Shown here one piece after another: positions 10,833 to 20,825 of a stretch of 64,000 nucleotides of DNA (within the stretch, counting starts at the first letter, position 1; each line of letters opens with the position of its first letter). Source of the stretch: an uncultured Armatimonadetes bacterium (GTDB lineage Bacteria; Armatimonadota; Hebobacteria; Hebobacterales; Hebobacteraceae); contig OY970296.1 in NCBI GenBank assembly GCA_963716175.1, positions 1,568,001 to 1,632,000 of the forward strand. Direction: 5' to 3'. Below the pieces are notes generated by a model. It did no database searches and was not told the origin of the DNA. It saw only the letters and a program-made list of their open reading frames with translations. The translations under genes were made by a program, and so were the position numbers.

Positions 10833-10862
10833 GATGCGGCAATACGAAGGGTTCATCAAGTG

Positions 10863-11549
10863 ATGCGGATCGTGCTGCTAGGGCCTCCGGGCTCGGGGAA
10901 AGGGACGCAGGCGAGCGCGCTGGAGCGGAAGTGGGGGGTGGCGCATATCTCCTCCGGCGACTTGCTGCGGGGGCACGTGAAGGCCGGCAGCGAGCTCGGC
11001 CGCCGGGCCCAGCCGTTCATGGACCGGGGCGACCTGGTGCCGGATGAGCTGATCCTCGACATGATGGAGCAGCGCCTGTCGGAGCCGGACGCGGAGCGCG
11101 GGTTCGCGCTGGACGGCTTCCCGCGCACGGTGGCGCAGGCGGAGGCGCTGGAGCGGCGGCTGGCGGGGAGGGGGCAGAGCCTGGAGGCGGTGATCTTCCT
11201 GCGGGTGCCGGAGGAGGAGTTGCTGCGGCGGCTGGGGGGGCGGCGCGTGTGCCCTCAGTGCCATGCCATCTATCAACTGGAGACCATGCCGCCGAAGGTG
11301 GAGGGGGTGTGCAACCGCTGTGGCGCGGCGCTGGTGCAGCGACAGGACGAACAGGTGGAGGTGGTGCGGAACCGGCTGCGCGTGTACGCGGACCAGACCG
11401 AGCCGCTGCTGGCCTACTATCGGGGGCAGGGGCTGCTGCACGAGATTGATGGCACCATCGGGGTGGAGAATGTGATGGGCGAGATCGCGCGCCTGGTGGG
11501 TCGCCTGGAGGACCAGGCTCCCGCCGCGTCGAGGGAGAAGCGGCGGTGA
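10863..11549 (+). CDS. adk: Adenylate kinase (zinc-lid type)
   Basis: LLGPPGSGKGTQA, HISSGDLLR, LDGFPRT, CPQC...CNRC lid. Confidence 0.98.
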   Translation: MRIVLLGPPGSGKGTQASALERKWGVAHISSGDLLRGHVKAGSELGRRAQPFMDRGDLVPDELILDMMEQRLSEPDAERGFALDGFPRTVAQAEALERRLAGRGQSLEAVIFLRVPEEELLRRLGGRRVCPQCHAIYQLETMPPKVEGVCNRCGAALVQRQDEQVEVVRNRLRVYADQTEPLLAYYRGQGLLHEIDGTIGVENVMGEIARLVGRLEDQAPAASREKRR

Positions 11550-12406
11550 GGCGGATGCGGCCGGGGAGGAGATCGCACAGGGAGGAGATCCCGCTGAAGA
11601 GCGAGGAGGAGATCGCGCGGATGCGGCGGGCGGGGCAGATCGTGGCCCTCACCCTGGAGCGGCTGGCGGCGGCGGCAGCGCCGGGGGTGATGACCCGCGA
11701 GCTGGACCACATGGCGGAGGCGATCATCCGCAGCTTCGGCGGAGTGCCGACCTTCTACCAGTTCTATGGCTATCCGGCCCATATCTGCGTGTCGGTGGAT
11801 GACGAGGTGGTGCACGGGATCCCGGGGGACCGGGTGCTGGAGAGCGGGCAGATCGTCTCTCTTGACGTAGGGGCGACGGTTGAGGGTATGATAGGAGATG
11901 GGGCGATCACCGTGGGGGTGGGTCCCATCTCGCCGCAGGCCGAGCGCTTGATCAGAGTGACCGAGGAGGCGCTGGCCAAGGGCATGGCAGCGGCGCGGCC
12001 GGGCAATCGGGTGGTGGACATCTCGGCGGCCGTCCAGCAGCATGTGGAAGCGCACGGGTACGCGGTGGTGCGGAAGCTGATCGGGCATGGAGTGGGCCGG
12101 GAGATGCACGAGCCACCGCAAGTGCCCAACTTCGTGGACCGGGAGCGGGAGGAGTCGCCGGAGCTGGCGGTGGGGATGACGCTGGCGATTGAGCCCATGG
12201 TGAACGAGGGGAGCTGGGAGGTGGTCCAGGAGAGAGACGGGTGGACCTACCGGACCAGGGATGGGTCGCTGTCGGCTCACTGGGAGCACACGGTGGTGGT
12301 GAGGGAAGATGGATGCGAGATCCTGACCGCGCGGGAGGTGCCGCCAGGCCGGGGGCAGAGGGCGCCGGGGCGGGTGGCAGCGCCGGTCCGAGGAGAGCTG
12401 GGATGA
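11546..12406 (+). CDS. map: Methionine aminopeptidase type I
   Basis: [41 protein letters not shown]. Confidence 0.97.
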   Translation: MRRMRPGRRSHREEIPLKSEEEIARMRRAGQIVALTLERLAAAAAPGVMTRELDHMAEAIIRSFGGVPTFYQFYGYPAHICVSVDDEVVHGIPGDRVLESGQIVSLDVGATVEGMIGDGAITVGVGPISPQAERLIRVTEEALAKGMAAARPGNRVVDISAAVQQHVEAHGYAVVRKLIGHGVGREMHEPPQVPNFVDREREESPELAVGMTLAIEPMVNEGSWEVVQERDGWTYRTRDGSLSAHWEHTVVVREDGCEILTAREVPPGRGQRAPGRVAAPVRGELG

Positions 12407-12516
12407 AGGTGCGACCATCAGTGAAGAAGATGTGTGACCGCTGCAAGATCGTGCGCCGGCATGGCCGGGTGCGGGTGATCTGTGAGAAGCCCAAGCACAA
12501 GCAGGTGCAGGGCTGA
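12403..12516 (+). CDS. rpmJ: 50S ribosomal protein L36
   Basis: [37 protein letters not shown]. Confidence 0.98.
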   Translation: MKVRPSVKKMCDRCKIVRRHGRVRVICEKPKHKQVQG

Positions 12517-12534
12517 GGCGAGGGAGAGAGCAGA

Positions 12535-12924
12535 ATGGCGCGGATTGCAGGAGTGGACTTGCCCCGGGACAAGCGGCTGGAGATCGCGCTGACCTACATC
12601 CTTGGGATCGGCCGTTCGCTGAGCAGTCATATCCTGAGCGAGACCGGGGTGAGCCCGGACACGCGGGTGCGGGATATGACGGAGGACGAGATCACCCGGC
12701 TGCGGGAGTTTATCGAGCGCAACCTGCGGGTGGAGGGCGACCTGCGGCGCGTGGTGCAGAGCAACATCCAGCGGCTGATAGACATTGGGTCGTACCGGGG
12801 GATGCGCCACCGCCGGGGCCTGCCGGTGCGGGGGCAGCGGACGCGCACCAATGCCCGGACCCGGAAGGGGCCGGGGGCGAAGGCGAAGCGGTCGGTGGGC
12901 GTGAGGAGGCGAAGGACACCATGA
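12535..12924 (+). CDS. rpsM: 30S ribosomal protein S13
   Basis: [36 protein letters not shown]. Confidence 0.98.
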   Translation: MARIAGVDLPRDKRLEIALTYILGIGRSLSSHILSETGVSPDTRVRDMTEDEITRLREFIERNLRVEGDLRRVVQSNIQRLIDIGSYRGMRHRRGLPVRGQRTRTNARTRKGPGAKAKRSVGVRRRRTP

Positions 12925-12945
12925 TCAGCGCGAGGAGATGGCACT

Positions 12946-13337
12946 ATGGGGCGTAAAACCGGCGCCAGGCCGAAACGGCGGGAGCGGCGGGTGGTGGCCC
13001 AAGGCCGGGCCTACATCCAGTCCACCTTCAACAACACCATCGTCACGGTGACGGATGCGGAGGGGGCGTGCTGTCCTGGGCCAGCTCCGGGTCGGTGGGG
13101 TTCAAGGGCACCAAGAAGGGGACTCCCTTCGCCGCCCGCCTGGCCGCGGAGACGGCGGCGCGCAAGGCGCTGGAGTACGGGATGCGGCGGGTGGATGTGT
13201 ACGTGAAGGGCCCGGGGAGCGGACGGGAGACGGCGATCCGCTCGCTGCAGACCGCGGGCCTGGAGGTGAGCAGCATTCGGGATATCACGCCCATCCCGCA
13301 CAACGGGTGCCGGCCGCCGCGGCGGCGGCGGATCTAG
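12946..13337 (+). CDS. rpsK: 30S ribosomal protein S11 (1-nt frameshift at G5 run 13062-13066, probable sequencing error)
   Basis: [14 protein letters not shown] in one frame, [13 protein letters not shown]...[13 protein letters not shown] in the next; adding one G fuses them. Confidence 0.95.
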
Positions 13338-13349
13338 GAAGAGCGGAGA

Positions 13350-13982
13350 ATGGCACGATACACGGGTCCATCCTGTCGGCTGTGTCGCCGCGCTGGGGTG
13401 CGGCTCTACCTGCTGGGGGAGCGCTGCTGGCTCCCCAAGTGTGAGATCGAGAAGCGGGCCTATGTGCCGGGAGATCACGCCCACGCCAGGGTGCGCCGGC
13501 GCGCCTCGGCCTATGGGCTGCAATTGGCGGAGAAGCAGAAGCTGCGGCGGATCTACGGGGTGCTGGAGCGGCAGTTCCGCCGCTATTTCCGGGAGGCGGA
13601 GCGGCGGCCCGGGATTACCGGGGAGATCTTGCTGCAGTTCCTGGAGCGGCGCCTGGACAACGTGGTCTACCGGTTGGGGTTTGCCGCCTCCCGGGCGCAG
13701 GCGCGGCAGCTGGTGGTGCACAAGCACTTCGTGGTGAACGATCGGTCGGTGAATATCCCCTCTTTCCAGGTGCGGCCGGGAGATGCGGTGGGGGTGCGGG
13801 AGCGGAGCCGCGGGCTGCCGCCCGTGGTGGCAGCGGTGGAGAAAGCGGGGGGGAGGCGGCTTCCGAGCTGGCTGCAGATCGAGGGAGACGCCATGCGGGG
13901 CCGGGTGCTGGCGCTGCCCGCGCGCGCCGATATTGACACCCAGGTGCAGGAGGAGTTGATCGTCGAGTTTTACTCGCGGTAG
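13350..13982 (+). CDS. rpsD: 30S ribosomal protein S4
   Basis: [41 protein letters not shown]. Confidence 0.98.
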   Translation: MARYTGPSCRLCRRAGVRLYLLGERCWLPKCEIEKRAYVPGDHAHARVRRRASAYGLQLAEKQKLRRIYGVLERQFRRYFREAERRPGITGEILLQFLERRLDNVVYRLGFAASRAQARQLVVHKHFVVNDRSVNIPSFQVRPGDAVGVRERSRGLPPVVAAVEKAGGRRLPSWLQIEGDAMRGRVLALPARADIDTQVQEELIVEFYSR

Positions 13983-14084
13983 ACTGGCGGGGGACGCCGC
14001 AAGCGCGGTGAAGGCGGCGGCGGCACTCACGTCGTTATAGGCGCTGCGATTTTCTTTGTGATGGCGGGGACGGAGGAGACGCGG

Positions 14085-15115
14085 ATGATCATAGATACCC
14101 TGACACCCCGGATCGAGCGGCTGGATGATGGCAAGGACCCGCGGTTCGGGTCGTTTCTGGTGGAGCCGCTGGAGCGGGGGTATGGCACCACCCTGGGGAA
14201 CGCGCTGCGGCGGGTGCTGCTATCTTCCATCCCGGGGGCGGCGATCACGTTCGTCACCATCGAGGGGGTGCTGCACGAGTTCTCGACCATCCCGGGGGTG
14301 GTGGAGGACACCACCGAGATCCTGCTCAACCTGAAGGAGCTGGCGATCAGGGTGCTGGAGGCCCCGGAGGGGGAGAGCTCTCGCAGGCCCCCAGCGAGGG
14401 GGCGCGGATCCTGCGCATCGAGCGGGTGGGGCCTGGGGAGGTGCTGGGTGCGGACGTGGAGGCGCCCAGCGATGTGGAGATCGTGAACAAGGACCTGCAC
14501 ATCGCCACCCTGGACAGCGGGGAGGCCTCGCTCTCGGTGCAGATGGAGGTGGAGCGGGGCCGGGGGTACGTGTCGGCGGAGGAGCACGACACCACCCGGC
14601 GGCCGATTGGGGCGATCCCGCTGGACTCCATCTTCACCCCGGTGCGGAGGGTGGGCTTTCGGGTGGAGCCGACCCGGGTCGGCCATATGACCGACTTCGA
14701 TCGTCTGGTGCTGGAGGTCACGACCAATGGGACGATTGACCCGGCGGACGCGATCAGCGATGCGGCGAAGATCCTGGACCGCTACCTGATCCTGTTCTTC
14801 GACTTCCAGCAGCAGGAAGAGGAGCTGGCCGGGGCGCCGGAGGTGGAGTCCGCGCTGGCCCGGCAGCTTCAGACCAGGGTGGAGGATCTGGATTTCTCGG
14901 TGCGCACCTCCAACTGCCTGCGGCGGGAGGGGATCACCACGGTGGGGGAGCTGGTGCACCGGACGGAGGCGGACCTGATGGCGATCCGCAACTTCGGCCG
15001 CAAGTCGCTGCAAGAGGTGAAGGATAAGCTGGCCACCATGGATCTGAAGCTGACCAGCGGCGGCGAGGTGGCGGTGGGTGAGGACGAGGAAGAGGAAGGG
15101 GAGACTGAGGAGTAG
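14085..15115 (+). CDS. rpoA: RNA polymerase alpha subunit (1-nt frameshift near 14369-14402, probable sequencing error)
   Basis: [22 protein letters not shown] then, in the shifted frame, [33 protein letters not shown]. Confidence 0.95.
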
Positions 15116-15130
15116 GAGGGGCGTGCTGCG

Positions 15131-15600
15131 GTGAGACATCGTATCGCCGGGCGGCGACTGGGCCTGCCCACTGACCAAAGGATGGCGCTGCTGCGCAATC
15201 TGGTGACCTCTCTGCTCTGGCACGGCAGCGTGGTGACCACGGAGACGCGGGCGAAAGAGGCGCGCAGCATCGCGGAGAAGCTGATCTCGCTGGCCAAGCA
15301 GGACAACCTGCACCGGCGGCGGCAGGCGCGGCGCCTGCTGATGCCGCGCACGGGGCTGATCCGGATGAAGGAGGGATCGCACCGGGAGGCGCCGGCCGGC
15401 GGGGAGGCGGAGAAGATCGGCCTGGCCGGACGCAGCCCCAGCTCCGTGGAGAACTCGGTGCGCCATTTGTTCGAGCACGTGGCGCCCCAGTATCAGGACC
15501 GGCCGGGGGGCTTTTCCCGGATGGTGCGGATCGGGTACCGGCGGGGGACGGGGTGTCGCGGGTGAAGCTGCAACTGGTTGACTATCGGCCCCCGGAATAG
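15131..15600 (+). CDS. rplQ: 50S ribosomal protein L17 (internal insertion; 1-nt frameshift at G5 run 15543-15547)
   Basis: MRHRIAGRRLG, TTETRAKE, RPGGFSR; one added G restores RRGDG...LQLVDYRPPE*. Confidence 0.93.
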
Positions 15601-15614
15601 CCGGTCGGCGGGCG

Positions 15615-16352
15615 ATGCGCAATATCAAGCTGACGCTGGAGTACGACGGCACCGATTTCCACGGGTTCCAACGCCAGCGGCGGCTGCGCACGGTGCAGGG
15701 GGTGCTGGAGGACAGCTTCTCCCGGGTGTTGGGGGAGCGGATCAGGGTGATCGGGGCGGGGCGGACGGACGCGGGGGTGCACGCCCTGGGGCAGGTGGTG
15801 AATTTCCGGACTAGCCGCCCGGTGCCGATGGCGCGGATGGCGCAGGCGCTGAACGGCGGGCTGCCGGAGGATGTCAAGGTCCAGGGCTGTGAGGAGGTGG
15901 AGGAGGGCTTCCACGCGCGCCGCGATGCGCGCAGCCGGGTCTACCAGTACTCGGTAGTGGAGCGGGCGATGCCGTCGCCGGTGCTGGGGCGGTATGCGCT
16001 GATCGTGCGGGAGAAGCTTGCGCTGGAGCGGATGGCGGCAGGGGCGCGGTTGCTGTTGGGCAGGCACGATTTCCGGGCCTTTCGGGCCAGCGGGTCGGAG
16101 ACCAGGACGACGGAGCGGAACTTGCTCCGGTTGGAGTGCCGGCGGGCAGGGGAGCGAACCTGGATCACGGCGGAAGCGGATAGCTTCCTCTACCAGATGG
16201 TGCGGAACATAGTGAGTGGGCTGCTGGCGGTGGGGCGGGGCGAACTGGCGCCAGAGGCGCTGAGGGCGGCGTTGGAGACGGGTGAGCGGCCAGCGGCGGC
16301 CCGGAAACCGGCGCCGGCTTGCGGGCTTTGCCTGTTGGAGGTATTATACTAG
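15615..16352 (+). CDS. truA: tRNA pseudouridine(38-40) synthase
   Basis: YDGTDFHGFQ, GAGRTDAGVHALGQV, HDFRAF, FLYQMVRNIV. Confidence 0.97.
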   Translation: MRNIKLTLEYDGTDFHGFQRQRRLRTVQGVLEDSFSRVLGERIRVIGAGRTDAGVHALGQVVNFRTSRPVPMARMAQALNGGLPEDVKVQGCEEVEEGFHARRDARSRVYQYSVVERAMPSPVLGRYALIVREKLALERMAAGARLLLGRHDFRAFRASGSETRTTERNLLRLECRRAGERTWITAEADSFLYQMVRNIVSGLLAVGRGELAPEALRAALETGERPAAARKPAPACGLCLLEVLY

Positions 16353-16391
16353 TTCCGCACTGCCGGCTGGGGCGAATGAGCCGAGGATAGC

Positions 16392-17006
16392 ATGAGGGTC
16401 AATCACAGGAAAACCTATTCCGCGAAGCCGGGCGAGGTGGCGAGCCGCTGGCTGCTGGTTGATGCGCAGGGGCAGGTGTTGGGCCGGCTGGCGGCGGATG
16501 TGGCGGCTCTGCTGCGGGGCAAGCACAAGGCGAGCTTCACCCGGCACGTAGATACCGGCGACCACGTGGTGGTGATCAACGCGGCCGGGCTGGTGCTGAC
16601 CGGGAATAAGGCGCAGCGGACCATGCGCTATCGGCACTCGGGCTACCCGGGTGGGCTGAAAGTCGAGCCCTATGGCGAGCTGTTGAAGAGGAACCCGGAG
16701 CGGGCCTTCCGGGCCGCGGTGAGGGGGATGCTGCCGCACAGCTCGCTGGGCAGGGCCCTGCTGCGCAAGCTGCAGGTGTACGGAGGCGGGGAGCATCCCC
16801 ACCAGGCGCAGGCGCCGGTGCCCTATCAGGCGCCGCACGCGCCGGCCGGCGGCGCAGCCGGAGCCGTCAGGATAGGAGGTAAAGGGATCTCGTGGCTCAG
16901 GAATTCTATGGTACCGGGCATCGCAAGAACGCCACCGCGAAAGTCTGGGTTGCGCCGGGCGAGGAGCAGTTCACGGTCAACGGAGCTTCGCTCCTGGAGT
17001 ATGTGA
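16392..17006 (+). CDS. rplM: 50S ribosomal protein L13 (true end probably near 16875)
   Basis: [40 protein letters not shown]; reading frame runs 115 nt into rpsI. Confidence 0.93.
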   Translation: MRVNHRKTYSAKPGEVASRWLLVDAQGQVLGRLAADVAALLRGKHKASFTRHVDTGDHVVVINAAGLVLTGNKAQRTMRYRHSGYPGGLKVEPYGELLKRNPERAFRAAVRGMLPHSSLGRALLRKLQVYGGGEHPHQAQAPVPYQAPHAPAGGAAGAVRIGGKGISWLRNSMVPGIARTPPRKSGLRRARSSSRSTELRSWSM

Positions 17007-17281
17007 GGCGGCCCACGCTGGCGGTGATGGTGCGGGAGCCGCTGGAGCTGGTGCGGGCGCTGGGCACTTTCAGCGTGCGCGCCACCTGCCTGGGGGGCGG
17101 GATCACGGGCCAGGCCGGGGCGCTGCGGCACGGTCTGGCGAGGGCGCTGGTGGCGATGGACGCGGAGCTGCGCAAGACGATGCGCGGTGCCGGGCTGCTC
17201 ACCCGCGATCCGCGGGTGAAGGAGCGGAAGAAGTACGGCCGCAAGCGGGCGCGGCGGGGATTCCAGTTCAAGAAGCGGTGA
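16892..17281 (+). CDS. rpsI: 30S ribosomal protein S9
   Basis: [34 protein letters not shown]...FQFKKR. Confidence 0.97.
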   Translation: MAQEFYGTGHRKNATAKVWVAPGEEQFTVNGASLLEYVRRPTLAVMVREPLELVRALGTFSVRATCLGGGITGQAGALRHGLARALVAMDAELRKTMRGAGLLTRDPRVKERKKYGRKRARRGFQFKKR

Positions 17282-17303
17282 GGCGTCATTGGGCGAGGGT
17301 GGC

Positions 17304-18257
17304 GTGAGGAAGATTCGGCTGCAATTGGGGCTCATCGGGTCGGCGCTGGCGATCTCGGTCGCGGCGCTGGCGATGCTGGCCGGCGCGGCCTGGGGGCAGC
17401 CGCAGGGAAGCGCGCTGGCGGCCGCTGCGACAGTAGCGGGCTGGGGCGGGGCCTACGAGGTATACCAGGTGCAAGCGGGCGACACGGTGGAGAACGTGGC
17501 GGCCCGCTTCGGCATTGCCCCGGAGCTAGTACGTAACCTGAACGTCCTGGGCCAGGGGACGGCGCTGGCGCCCGGCCAGGACCTGGCGATCCCGCTCCCG
17601 GGCTCCGCCAAAGATACCGCGGGCGGGGCAAACGCGGGAGTGGCGGCGGTGGGGCGGATGGTGCCGCCGCGCTACGCCGCCGTGAAGCAGGTGGGCCGGA
17701 TCACCAGTGAGCCGGATGCGGGCCGGCTGCTCTACGAGCCGGTGCTCGGGACGCGGCTGGTGGTGAAGGTGGACCGGGGGTCGCACTGGGGAGTGGTGAT
17801 GGTGGACGGGTCCATCGGCTGGATGGACAAGGCCTGCCTGGAAATGTCGGATCAGACCCTCCCGCCGGAGCAGTTGGAGGCGCTGCTGCGCGGGGCCAGG
17901 CCGGATATCGTGCTGGAGGCCTCTCGCTATCTGGGCACGCCCTATCGCTACGGGGCCTCGCTGCCGGAGGCGGTGGACTGCTCGGCTTTGGCGCAGGCGG
18001 CGTGCGCGGCGCGGGGCTTCTCTCTGCCTCGCACCGCGGCGGCGCAGTTCGAGGTGGGCAGGCCGGTGAACCTCAACGAGCTGGCGCCGGGCGACCGGCT
18101 CTACTTCGTCAGCAAGTCGGGGCGGATCAGCCACACCGGGATCTACAAAGGGGATGGGGAGTTCATCCATGCCTCGGCCCGCCGGGGCTGCGTGGCGGTT
18201 GATTCGTTGAGTGAGCCGTTCTACTGGAGCCGCTTCATCGGCGCGCGAAGGTTCTGA
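17304..18257 (+). CDS. Secreted LysM + SH3-like + NlpC/P60 peptidoglycan endopeptidase
   Basis: Signal peptide; YQVQAGDTVENVAARFG (LysM); YLGTPYRYG, DCSAL, LPRTAAAQ, SHTGIY...FIHAS. Confidence 0.92.
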   Translation: MRKIRLQLGLIGSALAISVAALAMLAGAAWGQPQGSALAAAATVAGWGGAYEVYQVQAGDTVENVAARFGIAPELVRNLNVLGQGTALAPGQDLAIPLPGSAKDTAGGANAGVAAVGRMVPPRYAAVKQVGRITSEPDAGRLLYEPVLGTRLVVKVDRGSHWGVVMVDGSIGWMDKACLEMSDQTLPPEQLEALLRGARPDIVLEASRYLGTPYRYGASLPEAVDCSALAQAACAARGFSLPRTAAAQFEVGRPVNLNELAPGDRLYFVSKSGRISHTGIYKGDGEFIHASARRGCVAVDSLSEPFYWSRFIGARRF

Positions 18258-18286
18258 GCGCCCGGCAGCAAGCCGGGCAGGTACCT

Positions 18287-18317
18287 GCAAGCTCGCCTCG
18301 GCGGGCTTGCTCGTTTT
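18287..18317 (+). terminator. Probable intrinsic terminator
   Basis: GCAAGCTCGCC/GGCGGGCTTGC stem followed by TCGTTTT. Confidence 0.55.
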
Positions 18318-18369
18318 GGGGGGCATGGTCGCGGCAGGGAGGTCGCGGTTGCGGGGGTGGGGCCGGCGG

Positions 18370-18399
18370 TTGTCCGCCGGCGGGCGGTTGGTGTAGAAT
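18370..18399 (+). promoter_or_regulatory. Putative sigma70 promoter of arg operon
   Basis: TTGTCC-18 nt-TAGAAT upstream of argC. Confidence 0.45.
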
Positions 18400-18423
18400 G
18401 TGGCCGCGCAGAGGACTACAGAC

Positions 18424-19464
18424 ATGGTGAACGTGGCGATTCTCGGGGCCACGGGATACGGGGGCATCGAGCTGATTCGATTGCTCCAGGCCCACCCGCA
18501 GGTGAGGTTGGCGTACCTTCACTCTGAGAGCTACGCCGGCCAGCGGGTATGCGACGTCTATCCGCAACTGGCGGGTGTCGAGACCAGGCTGCGCGACCTC
18601 GACGCGGTAGCGGTGGCCGCCGAGTGCAAGTTCGCGCTGCTGGCAGTGCCGGCCGGGAAGTCCATGCAGGTGGCGCCGAAGCTGCTGGAGGCGGGGGTGC
18701 GGGTGGTTGACGTCAGCCCCGACTTCCGGCTGAAGGACCCAGCGCTCTATCCGACATGGTACAAGCTGGATCACACCCATCCGGAGCTGCTGAAGGAGGC
18801 CGTATTCGGCATTCCGGAGTGGTACCGGGAGGCGATGTCAGGGGCGCGGCTGGTGGCAGCGCCCGGGTGCTACAGCACGGCCGCGATCCTGGCGCTGGCA
18901 CCACTGGCGGCGGAGAAGCTGATTGACAGCAGTGATATCGTGGCCGACGGCAAGACCGGGATCTCGGGCGCGGGACGGACATCGCTCAAGCTGCAGTACC
19001 ATTTCCCGGAGGCGAGCGAGGACGTATCCCCCTATTCGGTCGGCGGCCACCGGCATCTGCCGGAGATGGTGCAGGTGCTGGAGGCGATCGGCGGGTCCGG
19101 GGCCGCGGTGACGTTCACTCCCCACCTGGTGCCGATGAGCCGGGGCATCCTGATGACGTGCTATGTGAGACCGAAGGCCGGTGTGGGAACGGCAGAGCTG
19201 CGGGAGGCAATGCTGCGCCGGTATCGGGATGAACCGTTCGTGCACGTGCTGCCGGAGGGAGTGTGGCCCCATACCAAGTGGGCGGCAGGGACTAACCAGT
19301 GCTTCCTGGCGCTAGCAATGGACCGTGGTTCCGGCCGGGCGATAGTGGTATCCGCGATTGACAATCTGGGCAAAGGCATGTCAGGGCAGATGGTGCAGTG
19401 CCTGAATGTGATGCTGGGGGTTGGTGAGACGACGGCGTTGGGCACGCCCGCGACGTACCCATAG
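18424..19464 (+). CDS. argC: N-acetyl-gamma-glutamyl-phosphate reductase
   Basis: ILGATGYGG, SPDFRL, PGCY, GISGAGR, HRHLPE, IDNLGKG. Confidence 0.96.
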   Translation: MVNVAILGATGYGGIELIRLLQAHPQVRLAYLHSESYAGQRVCDVYPQLAGVETRLRDLDAVAVAAECKFALLAVPAGKSMQVAPKLLEAGVRVVDVSPDFRLKDPALYPTWYKLDHTHPELLKEAVFGIPEWYREAMSGARLVAAPGCYSTAAILALAPLAAEKLIDSSDIVADGKTGISGAGRTSLKLQYHFPEASEDVSPYSVGGHRHLPEMVQVLEAIGGSGAAVTFTPHLVPMSRGILMTCYVRPKAGVGTAELREAMLRRYRDEPFVHVLPEGVWPHTKWAAGTNQCFLALAMDRGSGRAIVVSAIDNLGKGMSGQMVQCLNVMLGVGETTALGTPATYP

Positions 19465-19486
19465 AAGAAGACGGCAACGGCGCAAC

Positions 19487-19515
19487 CACAGATGAACGCA
19501 GATGGACACAGATGA
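19487..19515. repeat. Short tandem ~10-mer repeat (CACAGATGAA-like x3)
   Basis: CCACAGATGAACGCAGATGGACACAGATGAA between argC and argJ. Confidence 0.6.
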
Positions 19516-19529
19516 AGACGGATAAGGCG

Positions 19530-20747
19530 ATGACGAAGCTGCCAGCCGGGTTGCGCCTGGTTTCCGGGGGAGTGACAGCGCCCTGCGGATTCGAGGCCGC
19601 GGGTGTGCGCTGCGGCCTGAAAGCGCGGGGTCGGGACCTGGCGCTGATCTACAGCGTGGCCCCGGCCGCGGGGGCGGGGATGTTCACCACCAACCGGGTG
19701 CAGGCGGCGCCAGTAGTCGTGAGCAAAGATCGGCTGGGCCGGGGGCCGCTGCACGGGATCATCATCAACAGCGGGAACGCCAATGCCTGCACCGGGGCCC
19801 GCGGCTACCGGGATGCGGTGCGAATGGCGGAGGACACGGCGAGGGCGCTGGGGGTGCCGCCGCGCTCGATCCTGGTGTGCTCGACGGGCGTCATTGGCCG
19901 TGCGCTGCCGATGGACAAGATAGCGGCGGGCATCGGCAAGGCGGTGGATGCGTTGCGCCCGGACGGCGGGGAGGAGGCGGCGGCCGCGATCCTGACCACG
20001 GACACCAGGCCCAAGTCCGTAGCGGTCGAGTTCGAGCTGGCGGGACGGCCAGTGCGGGTGGGGGGAATGGCGAAGGGGTCGGGCATGATCGCCCCTCACC
20101 TGGCGACCATGCTGGCCTTCATCACGACAGATGCGGACGTGGGGCCCGATCTGCTGCACTCCTGCCTGGTCCCGGCGGTGGAGCGGTCTTTCAACCGGGT
20201 CACGGTGGATGGTGACACCAGCACCAATGATGCGGTGATGATAATGGCGAACCGGCAGGCGGAGGCAGGGCAGATCACCCGCCGCCGCGGCCTGAGCCAG
20301 CTCCAGGCCGCGCTGGACTGGGTGACGGCGCGCCTGGCGCGGGAGATCGTGCAAGATGGGGAGGGGGCGTCGAAAGTGATCGAGGTGCGAGTGCGCGGGG
20401 CGGAGACAGAGCGAGAGGCGGTGCGCATCGCCCGCAGCATCGCCAACTCGCCGCTGGTGAAGGCCGCGCTGGGCGGAGGCGACCCCAACTGGGGGCGGGT
20501 GCTGGCGGCGGCGGGGAGGGCGGGGGTGCGGTTTCGGCCGGACCTGGTGGATCTGCGGCTGGGGAAGGTGCGAGTGGTGCGGCGCGGCGCGGCGGCCAGG
20601 CATGACCAGGCGGCGGCCGCGGCGGCGGTGGCCGGGCCGGAGGTGCTGGTGCTGCTGGACCTGAACGGGGGAGAGCAGGAGGCGGTGGTGTGGACGTGCG
20701 ATTTGACCGCGGGCTATGTGAAGATCAACGCGGCGTATCATACGTAG
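19530..20747 (+). CDS. argJ: Ornithine acetyltransferase / N-acetylglutamate synthase
   Basis: FTTNRVQAAPV, NSGNANACTG, STGVIG, ILTTDT, KGSGMI, ATML, DGDTSTND, DPNWGR. Confidence 0.97.
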   Translation: MTKLPAGLRLVSGGVTAPCGFEAAGVRCGLKARGRDLALIYSVAPAAGAGMFTTNRVQAAPVVVSKDRLGRGPLHGIIINSGNANACTGARGYRDAVRMAEDTARALGVPPRSILVCSTGVIGRALPMDKIAAGIGKAVDALRPDGGEEAAAAILTTDTRPKSVAVEFELAGRPVRVGGMAKGSGMIAPHLATMLAFITTDADVGPDLLHSCLVPAVERSFNRVTVDGDTSTNDAVMIMANRQAEAGQITRRRGLSQLQAALDWVTARLAREIVQDGEGASKVIEVRVRGAETEREAVRIARSIANSPLVKAALGGGDPNWGRVLAAAGRAGVRFRPDLVDLRLGKVRVVRRGAAARHDQAAAAAAVAGPEVLVLLDLNGGEQEAVVWTCDLTAGYVKINAAYHT

Positions 20748-20749
20748 GG

Positions 20750-20823
20750 GTCTGGGATTTGGGATCTGAGATTTGAGATGGGAGAGGAACGGCGGTCAGC
20801 GCGGAGGCACAGAGGGCGCGGAG
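20750..20823. repeat. Short tandem 7-mer (TGGGATT-like) and 9-mer (CGCGGAGG-like) repeats
   Basis: TGGGATTTGGGATCTGAGATTTGAGAT and CGCGGAGGCACAGAGGGCGCGGAG between argJ and argB. Confidence 0.5.
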
Positions 20824-20825
20824 CG

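Noticed and set aside
13061-15547. Programmed frameshifting or phase variation of rpsK, rpoA and rplQ
   Set aside because: Essential genes, all fixable by one base at short homopolymers; sequencing error is far more parsimonious.
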